A stretch of 64,000 bases of DNA, from contig WGNF01000014.1 of NCBI GenBank assembly GCA_016124615.1, forward strand, positions 40,932 to 104,931, in the 5' to 3' direction. The translations under genes were made by a program, and so were the position numbers. Source of the stretch: Paracoccaceae bacterium (GTDB lineage Bacteria; Pseudomonadota; Alphaproteobacteria; Rhodobacterales; Rhodobacteraceae). The notes under the pieces were generated by a model. The model had not been told where the DNA came from. It searched no databases and saw only the letters and a list, made by a program, of their open reading frames with translations. This document shows positions 28,856 to 40,108 of the stretch, in pieces. Each line of letters opens with the position of its first letter. Position 1 is the stretch's first letter.

Positions 28856-30013
28856 ATGGGCGGAAAGGTTTCCGTGCTGTTAGGCACAACGAAGGGTGTT
28901 TTCGTTCTGGATTCGGACGAAGACCGGGGCGATTGGCGCGTGCGCGGCCCGTTCTGTGACGGCTGGTCGATCAACCACGTCATCGGCGACGCCGGGTCCG
29001 GCACGATCTGGGCCGCGGGTGGCGGCGAATGGACGGGCGCCGGGGTCTGGCGGTCCGAGGATGGGGGCGAGACATGGACCCTGTCGAAACTCGCCAACGG
29101 CAAGTTCGATGCCTTTATTGCCAACGATCCGGAATTCGCCGCCTACATCGGGCGCCAGGCTGATCCTCCGGCGCCCTTCACCGGCAAGGTCGATGCGCTC
29201 TGGTCGCTGGGCATGGCGGGCGACACCCTGCTGGCCGGGGCCAAACCCGCGGCGCTTTACGCCAGCACCGATCGCGGCGCGAGCTGGGCGCCGCTTGACG
29301 GGTTGACCGATCATCCCTCGGCCCCCGAATGGCAGCCGGGCGGGGCGGGTCTGGTGCTGCACACGATCCTGGCCGACCCGGAGGCGCCCGAAAAGCTGTG
29401 GGTCGGCATCTCGGCCGCCGGGGTCTTTGCGTCGGAAGACAGCGGCGCGACGTGGGAGCGTCGCAACCGGCTTTCAAATCTGGGTGCCGAGCACAGCGCG
29501 CATGTTCACGTCGATTCCCGCCATTCGCACGACATCGGCCATTGCGTGCACAACCTGGTGCGGGCATCGGGCGATCTGCTGTATCAGCAGAACCATCACG
29601 GTGTCTTCCGCAGCCCCGATGGCGGCCGCAGCTGGGATGGCATCACCGCGGGTCTGCCCTCGGATTTCGGCTTCCCGATCGCGGTGCATCCGCGCGATCC
29701 GCAGTCGGTCTGGGTTCTGCCGCTGAACGGCGACATGGCCGGGCGCTATCCGCCCGACGCCTCGGCGGCGGTCTGGCGTTCGCGCAATGGCGGCGAAAGC
29801 TGGGAGGCGATGCGCGATGGCCTGCCGGGGCAAAGCTGCTTTTTCACCGTGCTGCGTCAGGCGATGGCGACCGATCGCGCCACGCCCGCCGGGGTCTATT
29901 TCGGCACCAACAGCGGTTCGGTTTTTGCCAGCACGGACGAGGGCGACCACTGGGAAGAGATCGCCCGCCATCTGCCGACGGTGCTGAGCGTCGAGGTGCT
30001 GCAGCGCGCCTGA
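28856..30013 (+). CDS. BNR/Asp-box repeat beta-propeller protein
   Basis: Repeated SxDGGxTW boxes (SEDGGETW, STDRGASW, SEDSGATW, SPDGGRSW, SRNGGESW, STDEGDHW); AGGAGG RBS. Confidence 0.85.
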   Translation: MGGKVSVLLGTTKGVFVLDSDEDRGDWRVRGPFCDGWSINHVIGDAGSGTIWAAGGGEWTGAGVWRSEDGGETWTLSKLANGKFDAFIANDPEFAAYIGRQADPPAPFTGKVDALWSLGMAGDTLLAGAKPAALYASTDRGASWAPLDGLTDHPSAPEWQPGGAGLVLHTILADPEAPEKLWVGISAAGVFASEDSGATWERRNRLSNLGAEHSAHVHVDSRHSHDIGHCVHNLVRASGDLLYQQNHHGVFRSPDGGRSWDGITAGLPSDFGFPIAVHPRDPQSVWVLPLNGDMAGRYPPDASAAVWRSRNGGESWEAMRDGLPGQSCFFTVLRQAMATDRATPAGVYFGTNSGSVFASTDEGDHWEEIARHLPTVLSVEVLQRA

Positions 30014-30020
30014 GGGGGCG

Positions 30021-31460
30021 CTATTCGGCCGCCCAGCCAGAGATCGCCTTGACCTCGAGGAATTCCTCGATGCCCCAGTGCCCGCCTTCGCGGGCGCGGC
30101 CCGAGGCCTTGACGCCACCGAAGGGCGAGCCCGCGCCGCGCGATTGGCCGTTCATCTCGACCATGCCGGCGCGCAGGCTGCGGGCCAGCCGGTTGCGCCG
30201 CGCGCCGTCCTGCGACTGCACGTAGTTGGTCAACCCATAGGGCGTGTCATTGGCGATACGGATCGCCTCTTCTTCCGTGTCGAAGGGGATCATCGACAGT
30301 ACCGGGCCAAAGATTTCCTCGCGTTCGATGGTCATGCCGGGCACGACGTCGGCGAAGACGGTCGGGCGCACGAAATAGCCGCGGTTCAGGTGCTCTGGGC
30401 GGCCGGGGCCACCCGCGACCAGCCGCGCGCCCTCGGCGATGCCGGTTTCGATCATGCCCTGGATCTTGTCGTACTGCATCTGGCTGACGACCGGGCCGAT
30501 GTGGTTGCCCGCCTCATGCGCCGAGGCCACCTTGGTCGCTTCGGCCACCTGCCGCGCGATTTCCACCGCCTGATCATAGATCGGGCGCTCGACCAGCATC
30601 CGCGTCGGCGCGTTGCAGCTTTGGCCCGAGTTGTTGAAGCAGTGCTGCACCCCGCGCCGCACTGCCTTGTCGTCGGCATCCGCAAAGACGAGGTTCGCGC
30701 CCTTGCCGCCAAGCTCCAGACAGACCCGTTTCAGGCTGTCGGCGGCGGCTTTGGAAATCGCGATGCCGGCGCGGGTGGACCCGGTGAAGCTGATCATCTC
30801 GACATCGGGGTGGGTGGAAAGCCGGGTGCCGACGCCCACGCCATCGCCGTTGACGAGGTTGAACACGCCCGGCGGCACCCCGGCCGCATCCACGATCTCG
30901 GCGAAGACCAGCGACGACAGCGGCGCGATTTCCGACGGCTTCAGCACCATCGTGCAGCCCGCCAGCAGGGCGGGAATCGCCTTCAGCGTGACCTGGTTCA
31001 TCGGCCAGTTCCACGGCGTGATCAGACCCACCACGCCGATCGGTTCCAGCGCGATGCGGTCGTTGGGCGCATGGGGGCCAAGTGGGCGGATGAATTCCAT
31101 CTGCTTGAACGCGGTGATGAAGTTCTGGATGTGCCAGGTGCCCGAGGTGGTCTGCGATTTTCGCGCCATGTCGATCGGGGCGCCCATTTCCAGGCTGATC
31201 GCGCGGCTCATGTCCTCGGCGCGGGTTTCGTAGACGGCAAGGATCTTCTCGACATAGGCCAGCCGTTCGGCGGGCGGCGTCTGCGACCAGCCGGGGAAGG
31301 CGGCCTTGGCGGCGGCGACGGCCGCATCGGCATCGGCGGCGCTGCCCAGCGAGATTGTGGCGCAATGTTCCTCTGTCGACGGGTCGATGACCTGGAAATC
31401 ATGCGGAACGGCGGGGGGCACCCAGGCGCCATTGATGTAGAATTCATGTTTGCGTGTCAT
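30021..31460 (-). CDS. Aldehyde dehydrogenase family protein
   Basis: ITPWNWP, LKPSE, FTGST, LELGGK, NSGQSCNAP, EEIFGPV. Confidence 0.95.
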   Translation of the reverse strand: MTRKHEFYINGAWVPPAVPHDFQVIDPSTEEHCATISLGSAADADAAVAAAKAAFPGWSQTPPAERLAYVEKILAVYETRAEDMSRAISLEMGAPIDMARKSQTTSGTWHIQNFITAFKQMEFIRPLGPHAPNDRIALEPIGVVGLITPWNWPMNQVTLKAIPALLAGCTMVLKPSEIAPLSSLVFAEIVDAAGVPPGVFNLVNGDGVGVGTRLSTHPDVEMISFTGSTRAGIAISKAAADSLKRVCLELGGKGANLVFADADDKAVRRGVQHCFNNSGQSCNAPTRMLVERPIYDQAVEIARQVAEATKVASAHEAGNHIGPVVSQMQYDKIQGMIETGIAEGARLVAGGPGRPEHLNRGYFVRPTVFADVVPGMTIEREEIFGPVLSMIPFDTEEEAIRIANDTPYGLTNYVQSQDGARRNRLARSLRAGMVEMNGQSRGAGSPFGGVKASGRAREGGHWGIEEFLEVKAISGWAAE

Positions 31461-31603
31461 CGCGGCCTCCATCTCGGATCGGCGCCAATGTCGCACCGCC
31501 TTTGGGTGTCCGCAAGGCTGCCGACCGACCATTGGGGGTCGCAATCCGGCATCGTAACCCCTATGTCGGCGCCATGACCGCAACCGCAACTGGAGGGATT
31601 CCC

Positions 31604-32254
31604 TTGGGTCTTCGCATCAATGACATCGCCCCGAACTTCACCGCCAATTCGACCAACGGCCCGATCACGCTGCACGACTGGATCGGCGACGGCTACGCGA
31701 TCCTGTTCAGCCATCCGAAGGATTTCACCCCGGTCTGCACCACGGAATTCGGCGCGGTGGCCCAGCTTGCGGGCGAGTTCGAGAAACGCAACACGAAGGT
31801 CATGGGTATTTCCGTCGACAGCGTGGAAGACCACCTGAAATGGAAGCGCGACATCGAAGCTTTCGCCGGTGCCCCGGCCAATTTCCCGATCATCGACGAT
31901 ACCTCGCTGGCGGTAGCCAAGGCCTATGACATGCTGCCCGCCGACGCCTACCTGCCGGACGGCCGCACCCCCGCGCATTCGGCGACGGTGCGCACCGTGT
32001 TCATCATCGGCCCCGACAAGAAGGTGCGCCTGACGATGACCTACCCGATGTCGGTCGGCCGCAACTTCGCCGAAGTGCTGCGCGCGCTCGATGCCGTGCG
32101 CGCCACCGACGGCGTGCCGGTCGCCACGCCCGCCAACTGGGTGCCGGGTCAGGACGTGATCGTGGCGCTGAGCCTGACGGACGATCAGGCGCGCGCGAAG
32201 TTCGGCGAAGTCGACATCAAGCTGCCGTATCTGCGCTTCGCGCAGGTGAAGTAA
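31604..32254 (+). CDS. 1-Cys peroxiredoxin (Prx6), TTG start
   Basis: FSHPKDFTPVCTTE, YPMSVGRNF, ATPANW; GGAGGG RBS upstream of the TTG at 31604 gives MGLRIND. Confidence 0.92.
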   Translation: MGLRINDIAPNFTANSTNGPITLHDWIGDGYAILFSHPKDFTPVCTTEFGAVAQLAGEFEKRNTKVMGISVDSVEDHLKWKRDIEAFAGAPANFPIIDDTSLAVAKAYDMLPADAYLPDGRTPAHSATVRTVFIIGPDKKVRLTMTYPMSVGRNFAEVLRALDAVRATDGVPVATPANWVPGQDVIVALSLTDDQARAKFGEVDIKLPYLRFAQVK

Positions 32255-32269
32255 GACACGGTGCGCAGT

Positions 32270-32295
32270 GAAGCCCCGGCCTGGGCGGGGGCTTC
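32270..32295. terminator. Hairpin between the convergent prx and fic genes
   Basis: GAAGCCCC...GGGGCTTC 8-bp stem. Confidence 0.55.
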
Positions 32296-33439
32296 ATATT
32301 TGCAGCAGGTCAAGAAGTGGCTGGAACGCGTAAAGCCCAGCCCTTCGGCCTGCTGGCGGTTCAAGGGTGCGCAGGAGCTCGGCTTCGAGCAGCCGACGCG
32401 ACAGGGCGCGCGCGGAAGAGGCCGGGATGCCGGATCGATCGACAAAACGATCGTTCCGGAACACCGGATTCCCGAAAACGAAATCCAGCGCCTGGTCGTG
32501 ATACTGCGAGTTCAGTCCCTCGCGGAACCGCTCTCGCATCTCGCCGTAAAGCTGCAGGATGCGGTCCGCCGTATCAATGTTCACGCAAGCCTGGGCGTGA
32601 AGCGCGTTGAGGAAGAAGACCACCCAGCCGGTCCAGTCACCTGCTTCGGAAACGGCCCGCATTCTTGCGATGTACTCGTCCTTGTGCGTCTCGAAATAGC
32701 CGGACACAAAGAAATGGGGTGCTTTCAGAACGCCAAGGTTCCACAGCATCAAAGTGATGAGCATCCGGCCAATGCGGCCGTTCCCATCTTCAAAGGGGTG
32801 GAGCGCTTCGAACTCCATATGGGCGATGGCTGTCCGGAGCAACGGCACCATCTTGTTTCCGTTGATGAAGGCAACAAGGGACTGCATCGCGGGCGCAAGC
32901 TGGTCGGGTGAAATCGGGACGTAGAATATGCGGCTACGGCGGTCATCTCCAATGAAATTCTGTTCAACCTTGTAGGCGCCCGGATGCTTCTTTGCGCCGC
33001 GCCCGAAGGCGAGAAGCGTTTGATGGGCCGATCGGATGAGGTGTTCCGAGAGTGGGCTGCCTTCCTCCAGCGCCATTTGCGCAAGGCGCAGAGCGCGTGA
33101 ATATAGGAAAGTTTCTACGTCGTCGTCTCGTGCTTCACTGTAAGGGTCGGGTGTCCCGGCATCCTCCTCGGCTTCGAGTCGATAGAGGTCTTCGATGGTC
33201 GAGATCGTGCCTTCCATTCGGGACGAAGAAACGGCGTCCTGTCTGCGAAGCGGTGCAAGCAGCAGGCTGCTGTTGACCATTCCCCCCATTTTGGCGTCAT
33301 AACGTGCCAACGATGCGGCTGCGTCGTTAAGGGCTGGAATGATTGCTTCGTAATCAAGGCTGCCTGGGGGGAATTTCCCAATATGGTAGTGCACTGCGGC
33401 GGAAAGGTCGTATGGTTTGGCGATCAAATCCCGCTCCAT
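32294..33439 (-). CDS. Fic-domain AMP-transferase (class II, N-terminal inhibitory helix, C-terminal HTH)
   Basis: HPFEDGNGRIGR catalytic motif; SSRMEG inhibitory motif; about 55-60% GC in sampled lines. Confidence 0.92.
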   Translation of the reverse strand: MERDLIAKPYDLSAAVHYHIGKFPPGSLDYEAIIPALNDAAASLARYDAKMGGMVNSSLLLAPLRRQDAVSSSRMEGTISTIEDLYRLEAEEDAGTPDPYSEARDDDVETFLYSRALRLAQMALEEGSPLSEHLIRSAHQTLLAFGRGAKKHPGAYKVEQNFIGDDRRSRIFYVPISPDQLAPAMQSLVAFINGNKMVPLLRTAIAHMEFEALHPFEDGNGRIGRMLITLMLWNLGVLKAPHFFVSGYFETHKDEYIARMRAVSEAGDWTGWVVFFLNALHAQACVNIDTADRILQLYGEMRERFREGLNSQYHDQALDFVFGNPVFRNDRFVDRSGIPASSARALSRRLLEAELLRTLEPPAGRRAGLYAFQPLLDLLQI

Positions 33440-33588
33440 GTCGTCATCAAGTCAGGTTGTTGTCGTCTGGCTGGCAGCTAGCGCATTTGACAACAGAAAG
33501 CCACATGATTTCGTCATCTACCATGTTTGATGTCGGTCTACAGGCATCAAACTCGCTTGGTGACGAGAATCCGCCCCATACGGTCATC

Positions 33589-33619
33589 AAAAGGCCCCGG
33601 CGTTTCCGCCGGGGCCTTT
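33589..33619 (-). terminator. Intrinsic terminator of pnp
   Basis: AAGGCCCCGGCG-TTTC-CGCCGGGGCCTT stem with a U tract on the minus strand. Confidence 0.8.
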
Positions 33620-33643
33620 GTCATTTCCGGGAAGCGGTGAGGC

Positions 33644-35791
<2,148 letters not shown>

Positions 35792-35949
35792 TTCGTTTCC
35801 TGTGTTGGCCAAGGGACCCTCCCCCAGCCCGGTTGCGTACGGGCCGCATTGCCCGTGGCTTCTTCTCTTTCCTCCTGCCTGCCCCATGAAACCCGGTGGG
35901 GCGGGCCATCATCACGGGCACCCGGAACGGGGCCGCGATCCGAAAAGAC

Positions 35950-35973
35950 GAACGCGCCCCAAGGGGCGCGTTC
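35950..35973 (-). terminator. Hairpin after rpsO
   Basis: GAACGCGCCCC-AA-GGGGCGCGTTC. Confidence 0.6.
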
Positions 35974-35979
35974 GGGTAT

Positions 35980-36249
35980 TTAGCGGCGCAGGCCCAGACG
36001 CTCGATGAGCGCGGCGTAGCGGGCTTCGTCTTTAGCCTTGAGGTAGTCCAGCAGCTTGCGGCGCAGCGCCACCATCATCAGAAGACCGCGGCGGGAGTGG
36101 TTATCCTTGCGGTGCATCTTGAAGTGTTCGGTGAGCGTGGCGATCCGCGAGGACAGGATCGCGACCTGAACCTCGGGCGAACCGGTGTCGCCTTCCTTGA
36201 CCGCGTATTCCTTGATCAGGCGGGCTTTCTCTTCGACCGTAATCGACAT
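35980..36249 (-). CDS. rpsO: 30S ribosomal protein S15
   Basis: [32 protein letters not shown]. Confidence 0.98.
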   Translation of the reverse strand: MSITVEEKARLIKEYAVKEGDTGSPEVQVAILSSRIATLTEHFKMHRKDNHSRRGLLMMVALRRKLLDYLKAKDEARYAALIERLGLRR

Positions 36250-36340
36250 CGGGGTCTCCTTTCGGATTGGGGTTATGGCGCAGGCCGGGATGTCGTCCAG
36301 CAGGGCCCGTGGAGTGTCCGCCCGAAGGCGGATGCGCGCG
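36250..36340 (-). promoter_or_regulatory. Alphaproteobacterial S15 autoregulatory mRNA leader
   Basis: Minus-strand 5' UTR with hairpin TCCGCC-TTCG-GGCGGA and the segment CTGCTGGACGACATCCCGGCC, recalled from alphaproteobacterial rpsO leaders. Confidence 0.55.
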
Positions 36341-36555
36341 TATAGGGGAAATCGCGTGAAAAGGAAAGCGCAAATCCCCCCGGCGCGGTCCGGCGGCAAG
36401 GGGTGCTCATCCGCGGGTAACCATGATCTCGAATCCCGCCCGCCGCGCCTTCTTTGCGCCACCTTCTTTTGTGATAATCGTTATATAACAAATGGTTAAT
36501 GCTGTTTGTGGTTAACGGTATCCGCCCGGGGGGTGGCCGTCTGGGGGTGGTTGTG

Positions 36556-37926
36556 ATGCTTGGGCTGTTGGGGTTGATGGGGCTGGCGATGATGGGTGTG
36601 TTCTTCGAGGCGCCACATTCGGACGCCGACCATGATGAGGATGCTGGTGCCAACGGCACCGATGGCGCCGATGGCGATGGCGACGACGCGGGCGGGCACC
36701 AGAGCATCGAGGATTTCATGGGCCTTGCCGACCATCCGCTGGCGGGCAGCGCCGCCGCCGATGCGGCCGCGGAGGATCATGCGGCGGAGGAGCACGCTAC
36801 GGAGGATGGACCCACCGGCGATCCGACCGCGCACGACGCGACCGATCCGACCGCGGCCCCGGCCGACGCGCAAGCGACGCCGCATCCGCTTGCCGAGGAG
36901 GCGCCGCCCGCCGACATGACCACCGCCGATCAACCGCTCGATCCCTCGCTTCCGGCCGATCCGGGGCCGCCGCAAGAGACCGGCGCGGCCGATGCGCCGA
37001 TCGACCCCGATGCCCCGCAGACGGTCGGTGAAGAACCGGGCGACGGCCCGGTGCTGGAGCCTTTGCCCGCCGACCCGGCCGACCCCGGCCCGGCCGAGCC
37101 GACCGATCCGGAAACCCTGACCGGCACCGAAGGCCCGGACCTGTTGACCGGGGGCGCGGGCGACGACAGCCTTTCAGGGCATGGCGGCGATGACATGCTG
37201 GACGGCCATGCCGGGAACGATTCCCTTGATGGCGGGTCCGGTGCCGACCTCATGCACGGCGGTGCGGGCGACGACTCGATGACGGGTGGCGACGGGGCTG
37301 ACACGCTGCACGGCGATGCGGGCAACGACACGCTCGATGGCGGCGCCGGTGATGACAGTCTGGCCGGGCACGAGGGCGACGACCTGATCAACGGCGGCGT
37401 GGGCAACGATACGCTGATCGGCGGCGAAGGCGATGATACCCTGCACGGCGGGGCGGGTGACGATGTGCTGCAGGGCAACGCGGGCGATGACAGCCTGACC
37501 GGCGGCGCCGGGCACGACACGCTGATGGGCGGCGACGGCAACGACACGCTGGATGGCGCGGGCCCGGACGATCCGCATGCGGCCGACGGCTCGGACGCGG
37601 ATTACCTGAACGGCGGGGCGGGGGATGACCACCTGATCCTTGGCGCGGGCGACCACGCCAGCGGCGGCGAGGGCGCGGACACGTTCGAGGCGGGCGACTG
37701 GATCACGGCGGGGCATGAGGCGACGATCCACGATTTCGATCCGTCGCAGGATCGCATCGTGGTGGAATACGACCCTGCCCAACACCCCGACCCGGTGCTG
37801 ACCATCGAGCCCGGTGAACAGGCGGATTCGGTCTATGTCACGCTTGATGGCGTGCATCTGGCGCAGGTGCTGGGCGTGCCGGGGTTGACGGCCGCCTCGG
37901 TCGAACTGGTCAGCGCCTCAGGCTGA
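36556..37926 (+). CDS. RTX/hemolysin-type Ca-binding repeat protein
   Basis: About 16 consecutive L-x-G-G-x-G-x-D-x nonapeptides, acidic Pro/Asp-rich linker, hydrophobic N-terminus, C-terminal [13 protein letters not shown]. Confidence 0.88.
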   Translation: MLGLLGLMGLAMMGVFFEAPHSDADHDEDAGANGTDGADGDGDDAGGHQSIEDFMGLADHPLAGSAAADAAAEDHAAEEHATEDGPTGDPTAHDATDPTAAPADAQATPHPLAEEAPPADMTTADQPLDPSLPADPGPPQETGAADAPIDPDAPQTVGEEPGDGPVLEPLPADPADPGPAEPTDPETLTGTEGPDLLTGGAGDDSLSGHGGDDMLDGHAGNDSLDGGSGADLMHGGAGDDSMTGGDGADTLHGDAGNDTLDGGAGDDSLAGHEGDDLINGGVGNDTLIGGEGDDTLHGGAGDDVLQGNAGDDSLTGGAGHDTLMGGDGNDTLDGAGPDDPHAADGSDADYLNGGAGDDHLILGAGDHASGGEGADTFEAGDWITAGHEATIHDFDPSQDRIVVEYDPAQHPDPVLTIEPGEQADSVYVTLDGVHLAQVLGVPGLTAASVELVSASG

Positions 37927-38814
37927 GCCGGTAAAGAACGGCAGGTAGGCCGCCAGCACCGCCTCGGGCGCCTCTTCCATCGCGAAATGGCCACTGTCGC
38001 AGGATGCGTCGGTGACGTGATCGGCCCAGGCTCGCCACAGCGCGGCGGGCTGCCCGAGGCGCGAGGGGAAGCCGGTGGTGGCCCAGAGGAAATGCAGCGG
38101 TGCCGCAATCTTTCGCCCGGCGGCGCGGTCGGCCTCGTCCAGCGCGCGGTCGTAACTCGCCCCGGCGCGGTAGTCGGCGCACATCGCCGCAATCCGCGCC
38201 GGGTCGCGCGCCTGCGCGTGGTAGGTCGCCAGCGAGTCGGGCGGGAAGGCGTGCAGCGACTTGGCCCGGGTCCAGCTGCGCAGCGTCCAGTCGATGTAGA
38301 ATACCGGATCGGCGCCGATCATCTTCTCGGGCAGCGGCGCAGGCTGGGCCAGGAAGGTCCAGTGGTAGGCGGCCATGCCAAGCCCCGCATCCCAATGCGC
38401 CCAGTAATCGGCGGTGGGCAGGATCTCGATGATGCCGAGGTTCCGAACCCGGTCCGGCGCGTCGAGCGCCAGCCGGTAGGCCACCCGCGCGCCCCGATCG
38501 TGACCAAGGATATGGGCGCGGTCGATCCCCAGCGCGTCCATCATGCCGGTGATGTCGGCCGCCATCGCGCGCTTTGAGTAGATGCCGTGCCATTCGTCAT
38601 CGCAGGGCGCGTCGCTTTGGCCGTAGCCGCGCAGATCGGGGATCAGCACATGGAAATGCTCGGCCAGCGTGGGGGCCACCTTGGCCCAGCACATGCCGTT
38701 CTGCGGATAGCCGTGCAGCAGGATCAGCGCGGGGCCGGTGCCCGCCTCCTGCACCGACAGCGTAAGGCCGTTGGTGCCGATCCGCCGCCGCAGGAAACCG
38801 TTGATGGTGGTCAT
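37918..38814 (-). CDS. Fluoroacetate/haloacetate dehalogenase-like alpha/beta hydrolase
   Basis: [55 protein letters not shown]. Confidence 0.85.
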   Translation of the reverse strand: MTTINGFLRRRIGTNGLTLSVQEAGTGPALILLHGYPQNGMCWAKVAPTLAEHFHVLIPDLRGYGQSDAPCDDEWHGIYSKRAMAADITGMMDALGIDRAHILGHDRGARVAYRLALDAPDRVRNLGIIEILPTADYWAHWDAGLGMAAYHWTFLAQPAPLPEKMIGADPVFYIDWTLRSWTRAKSLHAFPPDSLATYHAQARDPARIAAMCADYRAGASYDRALDEADRAAGRKIAAPLHFLWATTGFPSRLGQPAALWRAWADHVTDASCDSGHFAMEEAPEAVLAAYLPFFTGSA

Positions 38815-39323
38815 GATGCCTCCCACACCTCGGGCTGGCGGTCGTAGCCGATGTAAAGCGGATGCTTCGGCTGGCCGCTCTTGGTCAGGCCCAGATGATA
38901 CAACGGAAGGCCGGTTTCGCGCAGCATCCGTTCCACCTGTCGCCCGCGGTCGAGATGTGCGCCGTGGCTGCCCCAGGCACAGATGATGCGGTCGGCCCAG
39001 CCGGTGCTGTCGCGAATGGCGGCGTCGTTGCCCGGCCCCACCGGATCCGCCGCGGCGCGCATCGCCTTGGGGTCGGTGTCGCGCCAGGCGAAGATGTTGC
39101 AGACCCGGAACGCGCCGAACCCCAATGCCCGGGCGCGCCGCTCGCAGCGTTCAACTGTGGGGTCGTTCTGCACCTCGGTCGCGGTGGAAGGGTTCAGCAT
39201 GATGAACAATGCCTTGCCCCCGTCCGCGTCCCAGGTGCGGGTCAGCAGGTAGCGGTAGCGTTCGCAGGGCGAATAGACGGCGGTGGAGGGCGCGTCGCCC
39301 TTGGTATGGGTGCGGGTGATCAT
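38811..39323 (-). CDS. DUF1643 family protein
   Basis: RYRYLLTRTW, IMLNPSTA, NDPTVERC, AWG, GQPKHPLY; overlaps the dehalogenase start. Confidence 0.88.
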   Translation of the reverse strand: MITRTHTKGDAPSTAVYSPCERYRYLLTRTWDADGGKALFIMLNPSTATEVQNDPTVERCERRARALGFGAFRVCNIFAWRDTDPKAMRAAADPVGPGNDAAIRDSTGWADRIICAWGSHGAHLDRGRQVERMLRETGLPLYHLGLTKSGQPKHPLYIGYDRQPEVWEAS

Positions 39324-39456
39324 CGCCAAGGTTTGCCGGGTGGCGCCGCGACGTGCAAGCCCGACCGGCCGATTGTGCGGGACTGCACGGCGGGGAATTC
39401 AACCCGAAGTGAAAGGCGGTTGACAGCGGTGCGGCTGCCGCCCCACCGTTTGCGGC

Positions 39457-40017
39457 ATGAATCAGCGACCCGACATCCATGACCGACTCGCGGCCAGCCT
39501 GAAGGCGGCGCGGCGCTCCAAGGGGCTCAGCCTTGACGCGGTGGCAAAGCTTTCCGGCGTCAGCCGCTCGATGGTCAGCCAGATCGAGCGTGGCGAGTCG
39601 AGCCCGACGGTGGCGACGCTGTGGAACCTGACGCAGGCGCTGCACGTCGATTTTGCCGGGCTGCTGGAAGGGCGCGCGACGCCGGGGGTCGAGGTGATGC
39701 GGGCCGGGGCCGTCCCGTTGATCGAGGGTCGCGGCGTCGGGGTGCGCATCCGCATCCTCAGCCCGGCCGAGGCGGCCGGGGCGCATGAGGTCTATGATCT
39801 GAGCTTTGCCGAGGGCGGCGCGCTGGTCAGCGACCCGCACGGGCCGGGCTGCCGCGAGCATCTGACGGTGCTGGAGGGCGCGTTGTGCGTGACCTCGGGC
39901 GAGGATCAGGAATGCATCGGCCCCGGTGACACGGCCCGCTATGCGGCCGACCGGCCGCACGCGATCCGGGCCGAGGGCGGCGGTGCGCGGGCGCTGCTGG
40001 TGGTGCAGAACAGCTAG
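39457..40017 (+). CDS. XRE-family HTH plus cupin transcriptional regulator
   Basis: GLSLDAVAKLSGVSRSMVSQIERGESSPT, HGPGCREHLTVLEG. Confidence 0.92.
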   Translation: MNQRPDIHDRLAASLKAARRSKGLSLDAVAKLSGVSRSMVSQIERGESSPTVATLWNLTQALHVDFAGLLEGRATPGVEVMRAGAVPLIEGRGVGVRIRILSPAEAAGAHEVYDLSFAEGGALVSDPHGPGCREHLTVLEGALCVTSGEDQECIGPGDTARYAADRPHAIRAEGGGARALLVVQNS

Positions 40018-40021
40018 GCGG

Positions 40022-40098
40022 ATTCCGTTTTGACGGAATGGCATCCGTGATCTTGACGATTTCCGCGAGGGCTGGCATTTTGTCCGTCAAACCGGAAG
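40022..40098 (+). promoter_or_regulatory. kbl-tdh promoter bracketed by two palindromic operator-like sites
   Basis: TTGACG(40053)-N17-CATTTT; ATTCCGT-TTTG-ACGGAAT at 40022-40039 and a 14/18 copy at 40081-40098. Confidence 0.55.
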
Positions 40099-40108
40099 GG
40101 GTTCTGAT

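Noticed and set aside
37100-37640. DNA-level periodic repeats
   Set aside because: Fully explained by the RTX nonapeptide coding repeats.
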